Shown piece after piece: positions 35,797-45,079 of a stretch of 51,099 nt of DNA. The number at the start of each line of letters is the position of its first letter. The stretch's first letter is position 1. The DNA lies in the sequence record NC_129764.1; one strand, given 5' to 3'. The translations under genes were made by a program, and so were the position numbers. The stretch is from a phage. The notes beneath the pieces are model-generated. The model was not told the origin of the DNA. It worked only from the letters and a program-made list of their open reading frames with translations, and made no database searches.

Positions 35797-36731
35797 TAGA
35801 GTAGGTCGCTTGCTGAGAATAATTTGGCTTGCATTCCTGAGCGGTATCCTCCCGGATTTGGGATGATTATCTTCAATTGTCGATCGTCTGCCATATACAA
35901 AGTCTCTTTGTCTGAAGGTTCGCACGCCACGCGCATCTCCCGATCCCCTTTGTATCTGTACGCAACCATTTCTAGATTCTCAGGAGTAAAGCAGGCCCAT
36001 ACCTCTTGCTTTGTGTGAAAGGAAATGTGCTGAGCATCAATCCAGTTCAGGCATAAGTAGATCGCCTTTTCTGTTTTACCAGTCACGGCAACCGAGCAAC
36101 TCGTGTATTTCTTCGCGTAAAATGACTCCCTTCCTTCATCATCAATAATCAAAATATTGCAAAACTCGTCATCAAGCCCATCCTCATGCACAAGTTGACA
36201 CGGGATAGTGTGAAATATGCTCTCCCCGCCATCTTCGCGGCGTTTTACACCAACGTCGAATGACTCAGTGGGTAGTGACTCAAACACGCTCAACGGCGTA
36301 TTTACACGCTTCTCTGTGCGCTCCATAACCTTCATCACCGCCTCATGTTCAGCCATCATGACATTGACACCTGACACCGGAGTCCTGCGTGCTTTCTTGT
36401 TTGCCTTAACAATGTATTCCTGAGGAACCTTTCCGAGAAATCTCCCCAGGATGTTTATACATTCACTGTACGGCATACCAGTTAATTTCATCAACCAACC
36501 GATCCCGGAGTCGTTGCCGCATGAGTTGCAGATCGCGCCTCCGTCACCGGGGGCATTAAGTTTATCCGTCCATCGAAAACGGTCTTTCCCACCGCAGTGA
36601 GGGCAAGGTTGGTGCTTCTTATTGAAAACCTCGTTCTGCAATCCGCATATGGACTGTAACGCCTCGCGCCACATCCCTTTCATGTAAGGCAAAACATCCT
36701 CTTTCTGAAACATCATAAACTCTTCGTTCAC
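35796..36731 (-). CDS. putative DNA primase with N-terminal zinc ribbon (311 aa)
   Basis: CPHCGG...CNSCG primase-type zinc ribbon pattern. Confidence 0.55.
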   Translation of the reverse strand: MNEEFMMFQKEDVLPYMKGMWREALQSICGLQNEVFNKKHQPCPHCGGKDRFRWTDKLNAPGDGGAICNSCGNDSGIGWLMKLTGMPYSECINILGRFLGKVPQEYIVKANKKARRTPVSGVNVMMAEHEAVMKVMERTEKRVNTPLSVFESLPTESFDVGVKRREDGGESIFHTIPCQLVHEDGLDDEFCNILIIDDEGRESFYAKKYTSCSVAVTGKTEKAIYLCLNWIDAQHISFHTKQEVWACFTPENLEMVAYRYKGDREMRVACEPSDKETLYMADDRQLKIIIPNPGGYRSGMQAKLFSASDLL

Positions 36732-36788
36732 TTCCAGATCTCCAAATAAAAAACGCGTAGAAGGATGTTAACCCGCTACGCGTCGTTT

Positions 36789-36809
36789 GTTTTAACTAAA
36801 AATGCTATT
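36789..36809 (-). promoter_or_regulatory. dyad motif variant (minus strand AATAGCATTTTTAGTTAAAAC)
   Basis: Sequence match; encodes the C-terminal NSIFS-stop of the upstream gene; followed on minus strand by hairpin acgcgtag/ctacgcgt plus T-run. Confidence 0.55.
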
Positions 36810-37244
36810 GGTCGTTCCGATATCTTCCTTCTTCACAACCCGCATGAATTTCTTGTTCTTGCATCGCTTCTCAAGGCACTTTCCGTTACCATCAAACTTG
36901 AGGTCGAATCTCAGCCATGCTGCGCGGTATCCTTTACACCCCTGTCGGCGGTAAGCGCGATGTGCAGCCTCAGCGCCTTGCCACGAAATCATGTTGCGTT
37001 CTTTCCAGCCTTGCACCGTCTGATTCGTTACTTTTAGTGCCTTTGCGCAGGCCGCAGGGCCACCATAATATTCGATAAGCGCATCAAGTCGTGCTCGCAA
37101 TCCGGCGCGTGTTTCTTCCTTATGAATATAGAACCCGCAGCGCTGTCGTGGCTTTTTGTCTTTACCGCGTCGAGTTCCGTTGTTACCATTGATGTGACGT
37201 TTATCGATTTCACCAGTTGACTCCGCGATGCGTTGAATACTCAT
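36792..37244 (-). CDS. putative DNA-binding protein with Cro/YdaS-like HTH (150 aa)
   Basis: ATG with RBS aggagaattaagATG; segment GGPAACAKALKVTNQTVQGWKERNMISWQGA resembles Cro/YdaS-type HTH. Confidence 0.5.
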   Translation of the reverse strand: MSIQRIAESTGEIDKRHINGNNGTRRGKDKKPRQRCGFYIHKEETRAGLRARLDALIEYYGGPAACAKALKVTNQTVQGWKERNMISWQGAEAAHRAYRRQGCKGYRAAWLRFDLKFDGNGKCLEKRCKNKKFMRVVKKEDIGTTNSIFS

Positions 37245-37256
37245 CTTAATTCTCCT

Positions 37257-37277
37257 ATAGCACTTTTTGCTAAAAAC
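37257..37277 (+). promoter_or_regulatory. dyad motif copy ATAGCACTTTTTGCTAAAAAC
   Basis: Sequence match at the divergent junction between the HTH gene and helicase. Confidence 0.6.
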
Positions 37278-37338
37278 GTTTACTGTATGCCGTGTATTAT
37301 ATCGTAAACGATACAACGATTCAAAGGATTAAATAGCC

Positions 37339-39357
37339 GTGACAATTAACATCAAAAAGCAAATCGCATTACTTGGCGAGGACTATATAAAACGCACTCA
37401 AGAACGATTCACTGTTGGTGAGGTAGTTCCGTATCCGTACCAGGTTGTTGCTTATGCTGAGATCGCAAAACGCCTATCAAATTATGAGCATCCATTCTTT
37501 GTTAAAGCGTCAGTATCGGCGGGTAAGACCATCATTTTTGCTATGGTTGCAAAGCAGTGTCAAAAAATGGGCTTGAAAATGCTCGTGCTGGCACGCCAGG
37601 GTGAGATTGTCGATCAGGATAGTGAAGAGATCGACAATTTCGGAGTGACTAACTCTATATTCTCAGCGTCACTTGGAATCAAGTCTTGCTACTTCCCGAT
37701 CGTGGTAGGCTCTGAGGGCACTGTTGCAAATGGTTTAAATAATGAGTTGGCTGATTTTGTCCCTCACGTAATCGGGATAGATGAATGTCACCAGGTGGAT
37801 TGGGAAGACCTTGCGCAAGCCATAGACGGAAAGGAAACAATGGAACAGATGCGGGGAGAGAAAGGGAAAATTATCATGGACGGTGATACTCCTCTGATTG
37901 GTAATGATGGAAAGCCTCTTCTTGGAACTAAGCGCAGTCAGTACACGATCGTAATCATGGAAATGATGCGACGCTGTAAAGAGGTTCACGGTCACGACCT
38001 TAGAATATTTGGTATGACTGGATCTGAATTTAGGGGTGTAGTTCCTATTCTTGTTGAGAATCCAAAGGCGTTAGGCTTCTGGCGTGAGCGCGTTACTGAT
38101 ATAGACACCAACTACCTTATTGAGTTTGGCTCAGTCGTTCCGACTATATTCGGCTCGACGGACGGAGTTCACTACGATCTTGATAAATTTAAGGCATCAA
38201 GCGAGGATGGGGTACAGGACTTCACAGAGAAAGATATGAAGGCAATGGAAGATGAGATCCTTCATGATAAATCTCTTACCCAGCGAATCATGCAAATGGT
38301 TGCCAAAAAGGCTGAAGAGCGTAACGCAGTTCTGATTACATGCGCCGGGGTGCGTCACTGCAAAGAGGCGGCGGCGGCACTACCACCAGGAAGCACATAT
38401 GCAATTATTACTGGCGACACAGACACTAAAACGCGCAAGAAGATTCTTGATGATGTGAGGGCCGGGAAAATTAAATATACCTTTCAGGTCATGGCGCTAA
38501 CTACTGGAGTTAACGTTCCAAATTGGGATTTTAGTGTAATACTTCGCAAGATAGGATCTCTTACCTTGCTGATTCAGCTTTTGGGTAGGGGTATGCGACT
38601 TCTTAAATCCTGGCAGGTTGCTGAAGGAATGGTTAAGCAAGATCATCTGGTATGGGATTTTGCTGGTACGATGGACGAGTTGGGGCAGCTTTATTTCGAT
38701 CCTATACTTGAGCAGGCTCAGTTCCAGAAGCGATTTGAGAACGGAAAAGACCCGAAAACGTGTCCGAAATGTGGTTGCGTAAATAGCTTCTATGCTCGCC
38801 GATGCGTTAACGTTATCGACGGTGAGCGCTGTGATCATTTCTGGACTTCTCAGATTTGCGAGGACCAGGTTGATGAGCGCACTGGGAAAATTCTTGTTAA
38901 AGGGTGCGGTGCCGAGAATGACGTTGTGGCCAGAGTCTGTCGCTGTTGCGATGTTTCTCTTGTTGATCCTAACCTTAAGTTATCCGGTAAGGCGTACACT
39001 AAGAATGACTGGTACGAGGTCAAGAATTTTGAGGTTACGTTAACCAAAAACCAAAAAGGCGTGATATACAAATACACGCTTATTAACGATGAAGGTGATG
39101 AGTTCAAAGCGTATGAAAAATTCTTCCCTGAGTCAGACTCTAAGATCTGCGGTACTCTATGGAAAACGAAAGGCGTACTTCCTCATGTGTCAGATCCTAA
39201 AATGCGTCGCTACTTTATCGGAATGAAGAATGCTATCAAGATCGTGCAATACTCACATCATATAGCGCATCCGGTACGCGTCACCCATAGACGCAACCAG
39301 AAGAAAGAAGATATTATTTCACGCAAAGACTTCGGTATGGAGGATATCCCGGAATGA
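37339..39357 (+). CDS. SF2 DNA helicase (672 aa), GTG start
   Basis: Walker A SAGKT, DECH box GIDECHQ, C-terminal Cys clusters. Confidence 0.8.
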   Translation: MTINIKKQIALLGEDYIKRTQERFTVGEVVPYPYQVVAYAEIAKRLSNYEHPFFVKASVSAGKTIIFAMVAKQCQKMGLKMLVLARQGEIVDQDSEEIDNFGVTNSIFSASLGIKSCYFPIVVGSEGTVANGLNNELADFVPHVIGIDECHQVDWEDLAQAIDGKETMEQMRGEKGKIIMDGDTPLIGNDGKPLLGTKRSQYTIVIMEMMRRCKEVHGHDLRIFGMTGSEFRGVVPILVENPKALGFWRERVTDIDTNYLIEFGSVVPTIFGSTDGVHYDLDKFKASSEDGVQDFTEKDMKAMEDEILHDKSLTQRIMQMVAKKAEERNAVLITCAGVRHCKEAAAALPPGSTYAIITGDTDTKTRKKILDDVRAGKIKYTFQVMALTTGVNVPNWDFSVILRKIGSLTLLIQLLGRGMRLLKSWQVAEGMVKQDHLVWDFAGTMDELGQLYFDPILEQAQFQKRFENGKDPKTCPKCGCVNSFYARRCVNVIDGERCDHFWTSQICEDQVDERTGKILVKGCGAENDVVARVCRCCDVSLVDPNLKLSGKAYTKNDWYEVKNFEVTLTKNQKGVIYKYTLINDEGDEFKAYEKFFPESDSKICGTLWKTKGVLPHVSDPKMRRYFIGMKNAIKIVQYSHHIAHPVRVTHRRNQKKEDIISRKDFGMEDIPE

Positions 39358-39770
39358 TTACAGACAAAGGCGATTACTTAGAGTTTTACGAGCGAGATCC
39401 TAGCGACACGAGAAAGGAGGACGCTCATCAAGTAGATTGCGTATCCTGGTTGAAATACAATTTTCCTCAGCTTCTATTTTGGCACACAGTTAATGAAGGT
39501 GAAAAAACAATAACGTCGGCGCTAAGGGATGAACAGTCTGGATTACTCAAAGGTGTGTCAGACTTTGTTATTCTGATTGGTATAAACTCACGCTACCCGT
39601 TTGCAGCTATCGAACTAAAGAGGGTTAATAAGTCCGGCAAAGGAAAGGCATCACCAGTCAGCGATAAGCAAAGGGAGTTTCTCAAAAAGGTTCGTGATCG
39701 CGGAGGATTCTCTGCCGTCGCATACGGATTTGAGCAATTCAAGCTGGCAATATACGATTTAACGAAATAG
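39354..39770 (+). CDS. VRR-NUC domain nuclease (138 aa)
   Basis: GVSDFVIL ... AIELKR ... SDKQREFL pattern typical of VRR-NUC. Confidence 0.6.
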   Translation: MITDKGDYLEFYERDPSDTRKEDAHQVDCVSWLKYNFPQLLFWHTVNEGEKTITSALRDEQSGLLKGVSDFVILIGINSRYPFAAIELKRVNKSGKGKASPVSDKQREFLKKVRDRGGFSAVAYGFEQFKLAIYDLTK

Positions 39771-39786
39771 CACTTTTTGTTAAAAC
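39766..39786 (+). promoter_or_regulatory. dyad motif copy AATAGCACTTTTTGTTAAAAC
   Basis: Sequence match; stop TAG embedded; hairpin tgccggaatggaatctggca downstream. Confidence 0.65.
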
Positions 39787-39837
39787 TGCCGGAATGGAAT
39801 CTGGCATTATTATCTCACCGAAACGAGAGGATTAAAA

Positions 39838-40551
39838 ATGAAAGACTTTAATGATATCGAAACAATCGACTTTGCAGAAACTGGGTGCTCATTCACTCGC
39901 GAAGCAATAGCATCAGGAGGTTATTATCAAGCATTGAAAACGCCAACCTGCAAAGAGATTTCAGGACGTCGATACAAGGGAACCAATACACCTGACGCAG
40001 TTCGTGATTTATGGTCAACCCCACGCGAGGTTATCGCATACCTTGAGGGTCGCTACGGAAAATATGATCTCGACGCTGCGGCAAGCGAAGAAAATAAAGT
40101 TTGCGAGAAGTTTTATTCCCAGGAAACAAACTGCTTAAAACGTTGGTGGGGTAAAAATAAGCACGTATGGTTAAATCCTCCTTACAGTCGACCTGATATA
40201 TTCGTCAAGAAAGCGATTGAGCAAATGGAGCACAACAACCAGATCGATATTCTTTTACCTGCCGATAACTCGACGGCGTGGTTTACTGAGGCTCGACAGC
40301 ACGCGGCTGAAATCATCTGGATTGAAGCTGATTTGACTGAGGATATTGACGGCAATGAATACGCACGATCCGGTCGTCTGGCTTTCATATCCGGTGAAAC
40401 TGGAAAAGCTGTAGACGGCAACAACAAAGGTTCGGTTATTTTTATTATGCGCGAACTTAAAGAAGGTGAGACGCAACAGACTCACTACATCCCAATCACA
40501 AGCATTTGTCCTTCCGTTAAAAACAAACGAGCAAAGGTGAGAAAAGTATGA
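39838..40551 (+). CDS. dam: DNA N6-adenine methyltransferase (phage Dam-like, 237 aa)
   Basis: NPPY catalytic motif (WLNPPYS). Confidence 0.75.
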   Translation: MKDFNDIETIDFAETGCSFTREAIASGGYYQALKTPTCKEISGRRYKGTNTPDAVRDLWSTPREVIAYLEGRYGKYDLDAAASEENKVCEKFYSQETNCLKRWWGKNKHVWLNPPYSRPDIFVKKAIEQMEHNNQIDILLPADNSTAWFTEARQHAAEIIWIEADLTEDIDGNEYARSGRLAFISGETGKAVDGNNKGSVIFIMRELKEGETQQTHYIPITSICPSVKNKRAKVRKV

Positions 40552-40799
40552 TGAGCGAAAAAATGGTTCCTGTTAAATTAACTGATCAAGGGTTATGGCT
40601 TCTTTATCGCGCTACGTGCTGCGAAATTATGGAGCGAAACGGATTAACTCAAGATGTTATTGGTTGCGATTTATGGGAGTTTACAAGTTCTCTTGATATG
40701 TCGTTCGATGAGATAAAGAATAAACATATCGAGCATTGGCCTTCAATCATTCAGAAAGACGTAGAAGAACTTAAATCCGACACGATCTTACAGCACTAA
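40548..40799 (+). CDS. hypothetical protein (83 aa)
   Basis: ATGA overlap with methylase gene. Confidence 0.5.
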   Translation: MMSEKMVPVKLTDQGLWLLYRATCCEIMERNGLTQDVIGCDLWEFTSSLDMSFDEIKNKHIEHWPSIIQKDVEELKSDTILQH

Positions 40800-40809
40800 T
40801 TGCTAAAAC
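40791..40809 (+). promoter_or_regulatory. dyad motif variant CAGCACTAATTGCTAAAAC
   Basis: Sequence match; hairpin acccggcgaaagtcgggt followed by TATAGT. Confidence 0.55.
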
Positions 40810-40865
40810 TACCCGGCGAAAGTCGGGTATAGTTATTTCATCAAAACGAAATGAGGAATAAGAAT

Positions 40866-41075
40866 ATGGCCCGCATTAACGCAAACTTTTTCAATATCGC
40901 TCAGCAGTCTGCAAAAATGGCTGTTCATATCACTGACAAGCAAGGCGGCAATTTTGATTGGGATATTGCTATGAACTTCCTTAAAATGGCTTACTATCGC
41001 TGCTCAGTCAAAGATGTTGAGTATTTTATTGAAAGCGTGGAGAAATTAACCAATGTTGATAAAAAAACAAGGTAA
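40866..41075 (+). CDS. hypothetical protein (69 aa)
   Basis: ATG with RBS gaggaataagaatATG. Confidence 0.5.
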   Translation: MARINANFFNIAQQSAKMAVHITDKQGGNFDWDIAMNFLKMAYYRCSVKDVEYFIESVEKLTNVDKKTR

Positions 41076-41325
41076 ACGCGAGGTTTGGGAGCACGCGAAG
41101 GAGTGCGGGATCTCAGGTGATATAGCACTAATAGCCAAATATTTCGATATAAAGGATGTTAGCATTATCTCAAATGGCAAGATTTCATTTATGGAAGATA
41201 TGCCGAGAAAAATGCATAGAGTGCCAGCCACCCCATCACTTGAATTTTATCGTGAAGAAGGAAAGAGAATTGAGAGAGAACGAAAAACAGCAAAGAACAA
41301 TAAGTCTTCCAGGATTAAACATTAA
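41053..41325 (+). CDS. hypothetical protein (90 aa); possibly the 5' part of a frameshifted gene continuing to 41557
   Basis: ORF with RBS; an overlapping ORF in another frame (41156-41557) has a protein-like 3' half without a plausible start. Confidence 0.35.
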   Translation: MLIKKQGKREVWEHAKECGISGDIALIAKYFDIKDVSIISNGKISFMEDMPRKMHRVPATPSLEFYREEGKRIERERKTAKNNKSSRIKH

Positions 41326-41635
41326 CGAAGACGATTACCAGACCATATGGATCGGAAAGAAGCAGGTTAAGAAAATACCTTTCTCTGATTGGTTGCCTCC
41401 TGACTTCGCAAACGTGCTGTGTACCATAGGGATCGATCAGGAGTTGCATATAGGTTATTACTCACCTGGTAGAAACAGTATGATGCTTGAGGTTGACGGA
41501 AAGCTGGTTGAGTTTAAATCGTCAGATCTAGGATTCTGGTTAAAGGCTGTGGCATGAATCTTTATTTTGCTGTAGTATTAACACCGCTAATTTCATTTTC
41601 AGTAATGTATTTCATTATCATGTAAGGATTAAAAT

Positions 41636-42787
41636 ATGTCACAAGCTAAAATCACTACCGAGCAACTTATCGAAGAGCGCATGAGCGGCCTTACACTTCG
41701 CGAGATTGCGGAAAAGTACGGTATGCACATCCGCACTGTTGAAGCTCGTCACGCAAAACTTGCAAAGGAAGGTCACTTCCACGGTAACGAGCATGTTGCT
41801 AAGAACGTACCGGAAGGATTCATGGTAAAAGGCACATCAACGATGATTCGCGGCGATGGGACCGAGGTAGTGCGATGGGTTAAGACCGATCAGGACCGTG
41901 AGAAGATTGCGGCAATGATGGAAGCAGCGCGTATTGCATTCTGTGAAGACTTGCCGCGAGCAAAACCAACTGAGCTACTCACATCGCAAGGGCTTACAAC
42001 CGCTATTGGCAAGCTGGCACTCTACCCGGTGTTCGATCTTCACATTGGCGCGCTTGCTCACAAGCATGAATGCGGAGAGAACTACTCTACAGACGTAGCG
42101 GAAAAAGTGCTGAATGACTTCTTTAACTACGCGATCGATATTGCCCCGAACGCAGAGAAGGCTGTTCTGTTAATCGGCGGCGACTTCCTTCACTCAGACG
42201 GTCTTGATGCTGTTACCCCGGCAAGCGGTCACGTTCTGGATCAGGATTCACGATATGCGAAATTGGTGCATGTGGCTATTCGATCGGTGCGACGAGCTAT
42301 CGACAAAATGCTGACTAAACACAAAGAGGTCGAAGTTCAGGTTATCGAAGGGAACCACGACCAGGCCGGAATGATTTGGCTACGCGCTGCAATGGCTGCA
42401 TACTATGAGGACGAGCCGCGAGTATTCGTTGACGTTAGTCCTATGATTCTGCATAAGACCCGCTGGGGAAATACCTTGTTGGGATACACTCACGGTCACA
42501 CGATGAAAAAGGCAGACACGCGACTTGCAGCGATGGCGGCAGACTTCCGTGCAGACTTCGGTGAAAGCAAATACGTGTATACTCACAGTGGACACTGGCA
42601 CCATCAAACAATCACAGAACACTCGTTAGGTATTGATGAGGTTCACGGGCAGTTAGGCGCGAAAGATGCATACGCCGCGCGAGGCGGGTGGCGCTCATAT
42701 CGCCAGGCGGCGGTAATCGTTTACGATAAACAGTTTGGTGAAATCGGTCGATTCATCTATCGTCCAGAAATGACAGGATCGCACTAA
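41636..42787 (+). CDS. metallophosphoesterase (calcineurin-like) with N-terminal HTH-like segment (383 aa)
   Basis: Motifs GDFLHSDG, GNHD, GH; N-terminal LTLREIAEKYGMHIRTVEA. Confidence 0.55.
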   Translation: MSQAKITTEQLIEERMSGLTLREIAEKYGMHIRTVEARHAKLAKEGHFHGNEHVAKNVPEGFMVKGTSTMIRGDGTEVVRWVKTDQDREKIAAMMEAARIAFCEDLPRAKPTELLTSQGLTTAIGKLALYPVFDLHIGALAHKHECGENYSTDVAEKVLNDFFNYAIDIAPNAEKAVLLIGGDFLHSDGLDAVTPASGHVLDQDSRYAKLVHVAIRSVRRAIDKMLTKHKEVEVQVIEGNHDQAGMIWLRAAMAAYYEDEPRVFVDVSPMILHKTRWGNTLLGYTHGHTMKKADTRLAAMAADFRADFGESKYVYTHSGHWHHQTITEHSLGIDEVHGQLGAKDAYAARGGWRSYRQAAVIVYDKQFGEIGRFIYRPEMTGSH

Positions 42788-42798
42788 TCGCAAAAAAC
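42778..42798 (+). promoter_or_regulatory. degenerate dyad motif ATCGCACTAATCGCAAAAAAC
   Basis: About 14 of 21 positions match; followed by hairpin cccgaagggattcggg and TATATT. Confidence 0.3.
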
Positions 42799-42850
42799 TC
42801 CCGAAGGGATTCGGGTATATTGACCACATAGAAAACAAAGAGGGTATTTC

Positions 42851-43027
42851 ATGAAACGAGTTAAGTGCATCCGAAATGATTCCAAAACGCTTCCATTCCG
42901 CGTAAATCAGATCTATAGTGTTGGTTATGATTTCGGAGGTGGATTGTTTGAGATTTACGATGGTAGAGGTTCAACAATCCAAGCTCCTCTGAACGGTCAT
43001 TACCTGGAATTTATTGAGCTAGATTAA
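42851..43027 (+). CDS. small protein (58 aa)
   Basis: ATG with RBS aagagggtatttcATG; below track cutoff. Confidence 0.4.
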   Translation: MKRVKCIRNDSKTLPFRVNQIYSVGYDFGGGLFEIYDGRGSTIQAPLNGHYLEFIELD

Positions 43028-43145
43028 CAATATCATTCATAACCTTACGGGCTGGCATGGTTTACATGCTGGCCTTTTTGCGTTGTATCAAGTAAATTTG
43101 AAGGTTAAAATCAACTCACTTGTTCAAAAAATATATGGTGAGATT

Positions 43146-43361
43146 ATGAAAGAATTTTTAACAGCGGCTACGTCCAGCACGGGCGGCGCTTCATTGGTAG
43201 GGGCGGCGACAGGGCAACTTTATATTGCTGGCGCTACATTCATTTGCTTTCTGCTTTTTGGTGCATGGGGCGCATACTGGAAGTATCGTGATAGTAAGGC
43301 AATTCAGGAAGCGTTAAACGATGGCGATCTAAATAAGGCGCTTAAGATTAGGGGGAGATAA
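43146..43361 (+). CDS. holin (71 aa)
   Basis: Small hydrophobic protein with charged C-terminus directly upstream of endolysin. Confidence 0.6.
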   Translation: MKEFLTAATSSTGGASLVGAATGQLYIAGATFICFLLFGAWGAYWKYRDSKAIQEALNDGDLNKALKIRGR

Positions 43362-43849
43362 TGAGTTTAAAAAATAACGTTATAGGCGCATCGATCGGGG
43401 CCGCTTTGACGTTGACGCCTACTCTACTGGAACGAATCGAAGGTATAGAGTACGAGGTGTATTACGATATCGCCGGAGTACCTACCGTATGCAGCGGAAT
43501 AACCGGGCCTGACGTAATACTTGGTAAGAAATACACTAAGCGAGAATGCGATGCATTGCTGATAAAACATATCGGAGTCGCTCAGCGATACGTTGACAAA
43601 AAGGTGAATGTTGATATTCCGGTAACGATGCGCGCGTCACTGTACAGCTTCACTTTCAACGTTGGTACTGGCGCGTTCGGATCTTCTACAATGCTTAAGC
43701 TAATAAATCAGAGTAAGCACAAGGAAGCGTGCAATCAGTTATGGCGATGGGTATACTACTACAACCCAAAAACCAAAAGGCGCGAAGTGTCTAGAGGACT
43801 CAAGAATCGACGCGCTGAAGAATACGCGTATTGCGTTAAGGAATTATGA
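43361..43849 (+). CDS. SAR endolysin (GH24-type lysozyme, 162 aa)
   Basis: N-terminal Gly/Ala-rich weakly hydrophobic segment; catalytic E-x8-D-x5-T ([16 protein letters not shown]). Confidence 0.8.
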   Translation: MSLKNNVIGASIGAALTLTPTLLERIEGIEYEVYYDIAGVPTVCSGITGPDVILGKKYTKRECDALLIKHIGVAQRYVDKKVNVDIPVTMRASLYSFTFNVGTGAFGSSTMLKLINQSKHKEACNQLWRWVYYYNPKTKRREVSRGLKNRRAEEYAYCVKEL

Positions 43850-44250
43850 TGAAACTGAAGAAAACGTGCATTGCGATTGCAGTGGCTGTTGGTGTTATTT
43901 CTCTATCCGGTTGCTCGACGGCATCTGCTCTGAGCGGTTTACTTTCTGACTCCCCGGATGTTACTGCGCAGGTTGGCGCTGAGAACACGAAGCAACTGGC
44001 GGGAGTTACTGCAAAGGCCGACGATAAGCGAGAAGTGAAGGTGAGTGATTCAAATATTGGCAAGATTGACTCATCCGTCAAGAAGTCTGTAGAAGTGTCA
44101 ACCATTCAGGCTAACACGGTTAACGCTGAAAGCATCACGGTAACAAAACCGGGGAACTGGTACGATGCAATTGTAGGGTGGACTCTCGTTTTTATTGGCC
44201 TGTTGATGGTTTATTTTTCAATTCGTAAGTACGAAAAAAAGGAGGCGTAA
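43846..44250 (+). CDS. unimolecular spanin (134 aa)
   Basis: Lipoprotein signal with lipobox LSGC plus C-terminal transmembrane helix [13 protein letters not shown]. Confidence 0.7.
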   Translation: MMKLKKTCIAIAVAVGVISLSGCSTASALSGLLSDSPDVTAQVGAENTKQLAGVTAKADDKREVKVSDSNIGKIDSSVKKSVEVSTIQANTVNAESITVTKPGNWYDAIVGWTLVFIGLLMVYFSIRKYEKKEA

Positions 44251-44262
44251 GCCTCCATTCTT

Positions 44263-44478
44263 TTATGCATCAGCCCACATGTAACTTTCGTTCGTGAGTT
44301 TTGCGTATTCTCGAACTTCAATCTCGCAGGTGTCGCCGTACATCTCAGCGACCTTCTTCTCGTTCGCTACCGCCGTTTCTTCAGTCCATCCATCGGCCTT
44401 GCTGTAAAGGGTGGGAATCTCACTGCTAGTGCCGTTAGAGTGGTTGTAAACGCGAACTACTAAAAATTTGTTAGCCAT
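44263..44478 (-). CDS. hypothetical protein (71 aa)
   Basis: ATG (MANKF) with RBS aaggaaagcattATG downstream of a motif copy. Confidence 0.5.
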   Translation of the reverse strand: MANKFLVVRVYNHSNGTSSEIPTLYSKADGWTEETAVANEKKVAEMYGDTCEIEVREYAKLTNESYMWADA

Positions 44479-44539
44479 AATGCTTTCCTTCGGGTCGCCT
44501 CGTTTCGATGAAACAAATATACCCGATACGAGATCGGGT

Positions 44540-44560
44540 GTTTTAACAAAAAGTGCTATT
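44540..44560 (-). promoter_or_regulatory. dyad motif copy (minus strand AATAGCACTTTTTGTTAAAAC)
   Basis: Sequence match; hairpin acccgatctcgtatcgggt followed by TATATT. Confidence 0.65.
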
Positions 44561-44667
44561 TGTACCTTTTTACGTGAAGGAGTAACTCCCCCTCCTTGTC
44601 GCAAAGATTATGCTCGCTTTCGTTACTGGCCCTCATTGAAGTGAGTAACAGACTCAACAACCCTTGC

Positions 44668-45075
44668 TCAAATTCTTCTTTCGTAAGATGGAGCCTTGCG
44701 CACAATTCGACGTTCCGATCTATCAATGTTTCTACGTTCGCCAAACAAATCTTCATCACTCATCTCTCCAATGTGCATCATTTCCCACGTATACCGATTG
44801 TTGTAGCCATCAATACACATCAGCTTCATCATTACCGGGCGCTTAATCTTTCCCTTGCACCAGTAAACTCCATCCTTGCGATCTAAGTAACCCTCAGTCA
44901 CGCAACGAGCGCAAAACTCCTTAGATAGCGCGCTTGTAAATTCACGGCGAGTCATTCCAGCAGCCTTAGCAAATCGCTCACTTTCCTTGTGGGCGTATAT
45001 AAATTTCGCTATGTGCTGTCGAGTGTATTTATCGTAACCTTCGCAGAACCTGAACAGATCTAAAAGAAGAAGCAT
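44668..45075 (-). CDS. hypothetical protein (135 aa)
   Basis: ORF; weak RBS, start uncertain. Confidence 0.45.
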   Translation of the reverse strand: MLLLLDLFRFCEGYDKYTRQHIAKFIYAHKESERFAKAAGMTRREFTSALSKEFCARCVTEGYLDRKDGVYWCKGKIKRPVMMKLMCIDGYNNRYTWEMMHIGEMSDEDLFGERRNIDRSERRIVRKAPSYERRI

Positions 45076-45079
45076 GTTG

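Noticed and set aside
41156-41557. Calling 41156-41557 as an independent full-length gene
   Set aside because: Heavy overlap with 41053-41325, no RBS at 41156 or 41174, and an implausible N-terminal translation; retained only as a possible frameshift in the findings.
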